From the IMG/VR virus record IMGVR_UViG_3300021197_000088, positions 1 through 54,442 of that record: a DNA stretch of 54,442 nucleotides; one strand, written 5' to 3'. Both the position numbers and the translations under genes were made by a program. Shown here in pieces: positions 54,336 to 54,442 of the stretch. The notes beneath the pieces were generated by a model. It did no database searches and was not told where the DNA came from. It saw only the letters and a program-made list of their open reading frames with translations. The stretch's first letter is position 1. Every line of letters starts with the position of its first letter. This stretch comes from a virus. Lineage: Duplodnaviria > Caudoviricetes.

Positions 54336-54442
54336 ATGAACACAGAAACTGATTACAAGAATGAGTTGGTGCAAATCCTGTGGGACTTGTTCAAGGATGT
54401 ACATGGTGTACGTCCCCGTGGCATGGGCTATGAGAAGTATTC
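54336..54442 (+). CDS. Hypothetical early protein, 3'-truncated (MNTETDYKNELVQILWDLFKDVHGVRPRG...)
   Basis: GGAG SD; open to the window end; KDxHGVRPR motif. Confidence 0.75.
   Translation, partial: MNTETDYKNELVQILWDLFKDVHGVRPRGMGYEKY

Larger units (their letters stand above)
1..54442. mobile_element. Near-complete dsDNA podovirus genome, HMO-2011 type
   Basis: Two divergent arms (replication on +, morphogenesis on -); PolA with CxxCxGxG insertion, integrase, class II RNR, portal, TerL, capsid and tail tube genes, MsmA-like gene; no host housekeeping genes. Confidence 0.92.

Noticed and set aside
54336-54442. Joining the window end to base 1 as a closed circle
   Set aside because: The last ORF would run into a different frame from ORF 1..339 and stop after a few codons, and there is no terminal overlap; some sequence is probably missing

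Overview
The window is most of the genome of a marine podovirus of the HMO-2011 type; the host is probably an alphaproteobacterium such as SAR116 or Roseobacter (inferred from gene content). The + strand arm (53150-54442, then 1-15990) carries many small early genes, a DUF932 protein, tyrosine integrase, primase, SF4 helicase, family A DNA polymerase with the type-defining DnaJ-like zinc finger insertion, a probable ssDNA-binding protein, Cas4-like exonuclease, endonuclease I-like resolvase, class II ribonucleotide reductase and MazG. The - strand arm (52267 down to 15996) carries small basic proteins, an MsmA-like oxygenase subunit, a lysis cassette, terminase, portal, scaffold, major capsid protein, tail tube proteins, several fibre/receptor-binding proteins and internal virion proteins. 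No RNA polymerase, tRNA or CRISPR array was seen; near-consensus sigma70 promoters occur on both arms. The observations most worth follow-up are: (1) a dense array of hairpins and repeated palindromic leader elements in the non-coding divergence region and the first early genes; (2) a short [MFY]xxGG motif shared by five unrelated late proteins, one made almost only of it; (3) an MsmA-like subunit that keeps its mononuclear iron site but lacks the Rieske ligands; (4) related structured leaders before the scaffold and capsid genes; (5) apparent genome-wide avoidance of CCWGG and GATC. All calls were made by eye from sequence motifs; no database search or folding program was run.
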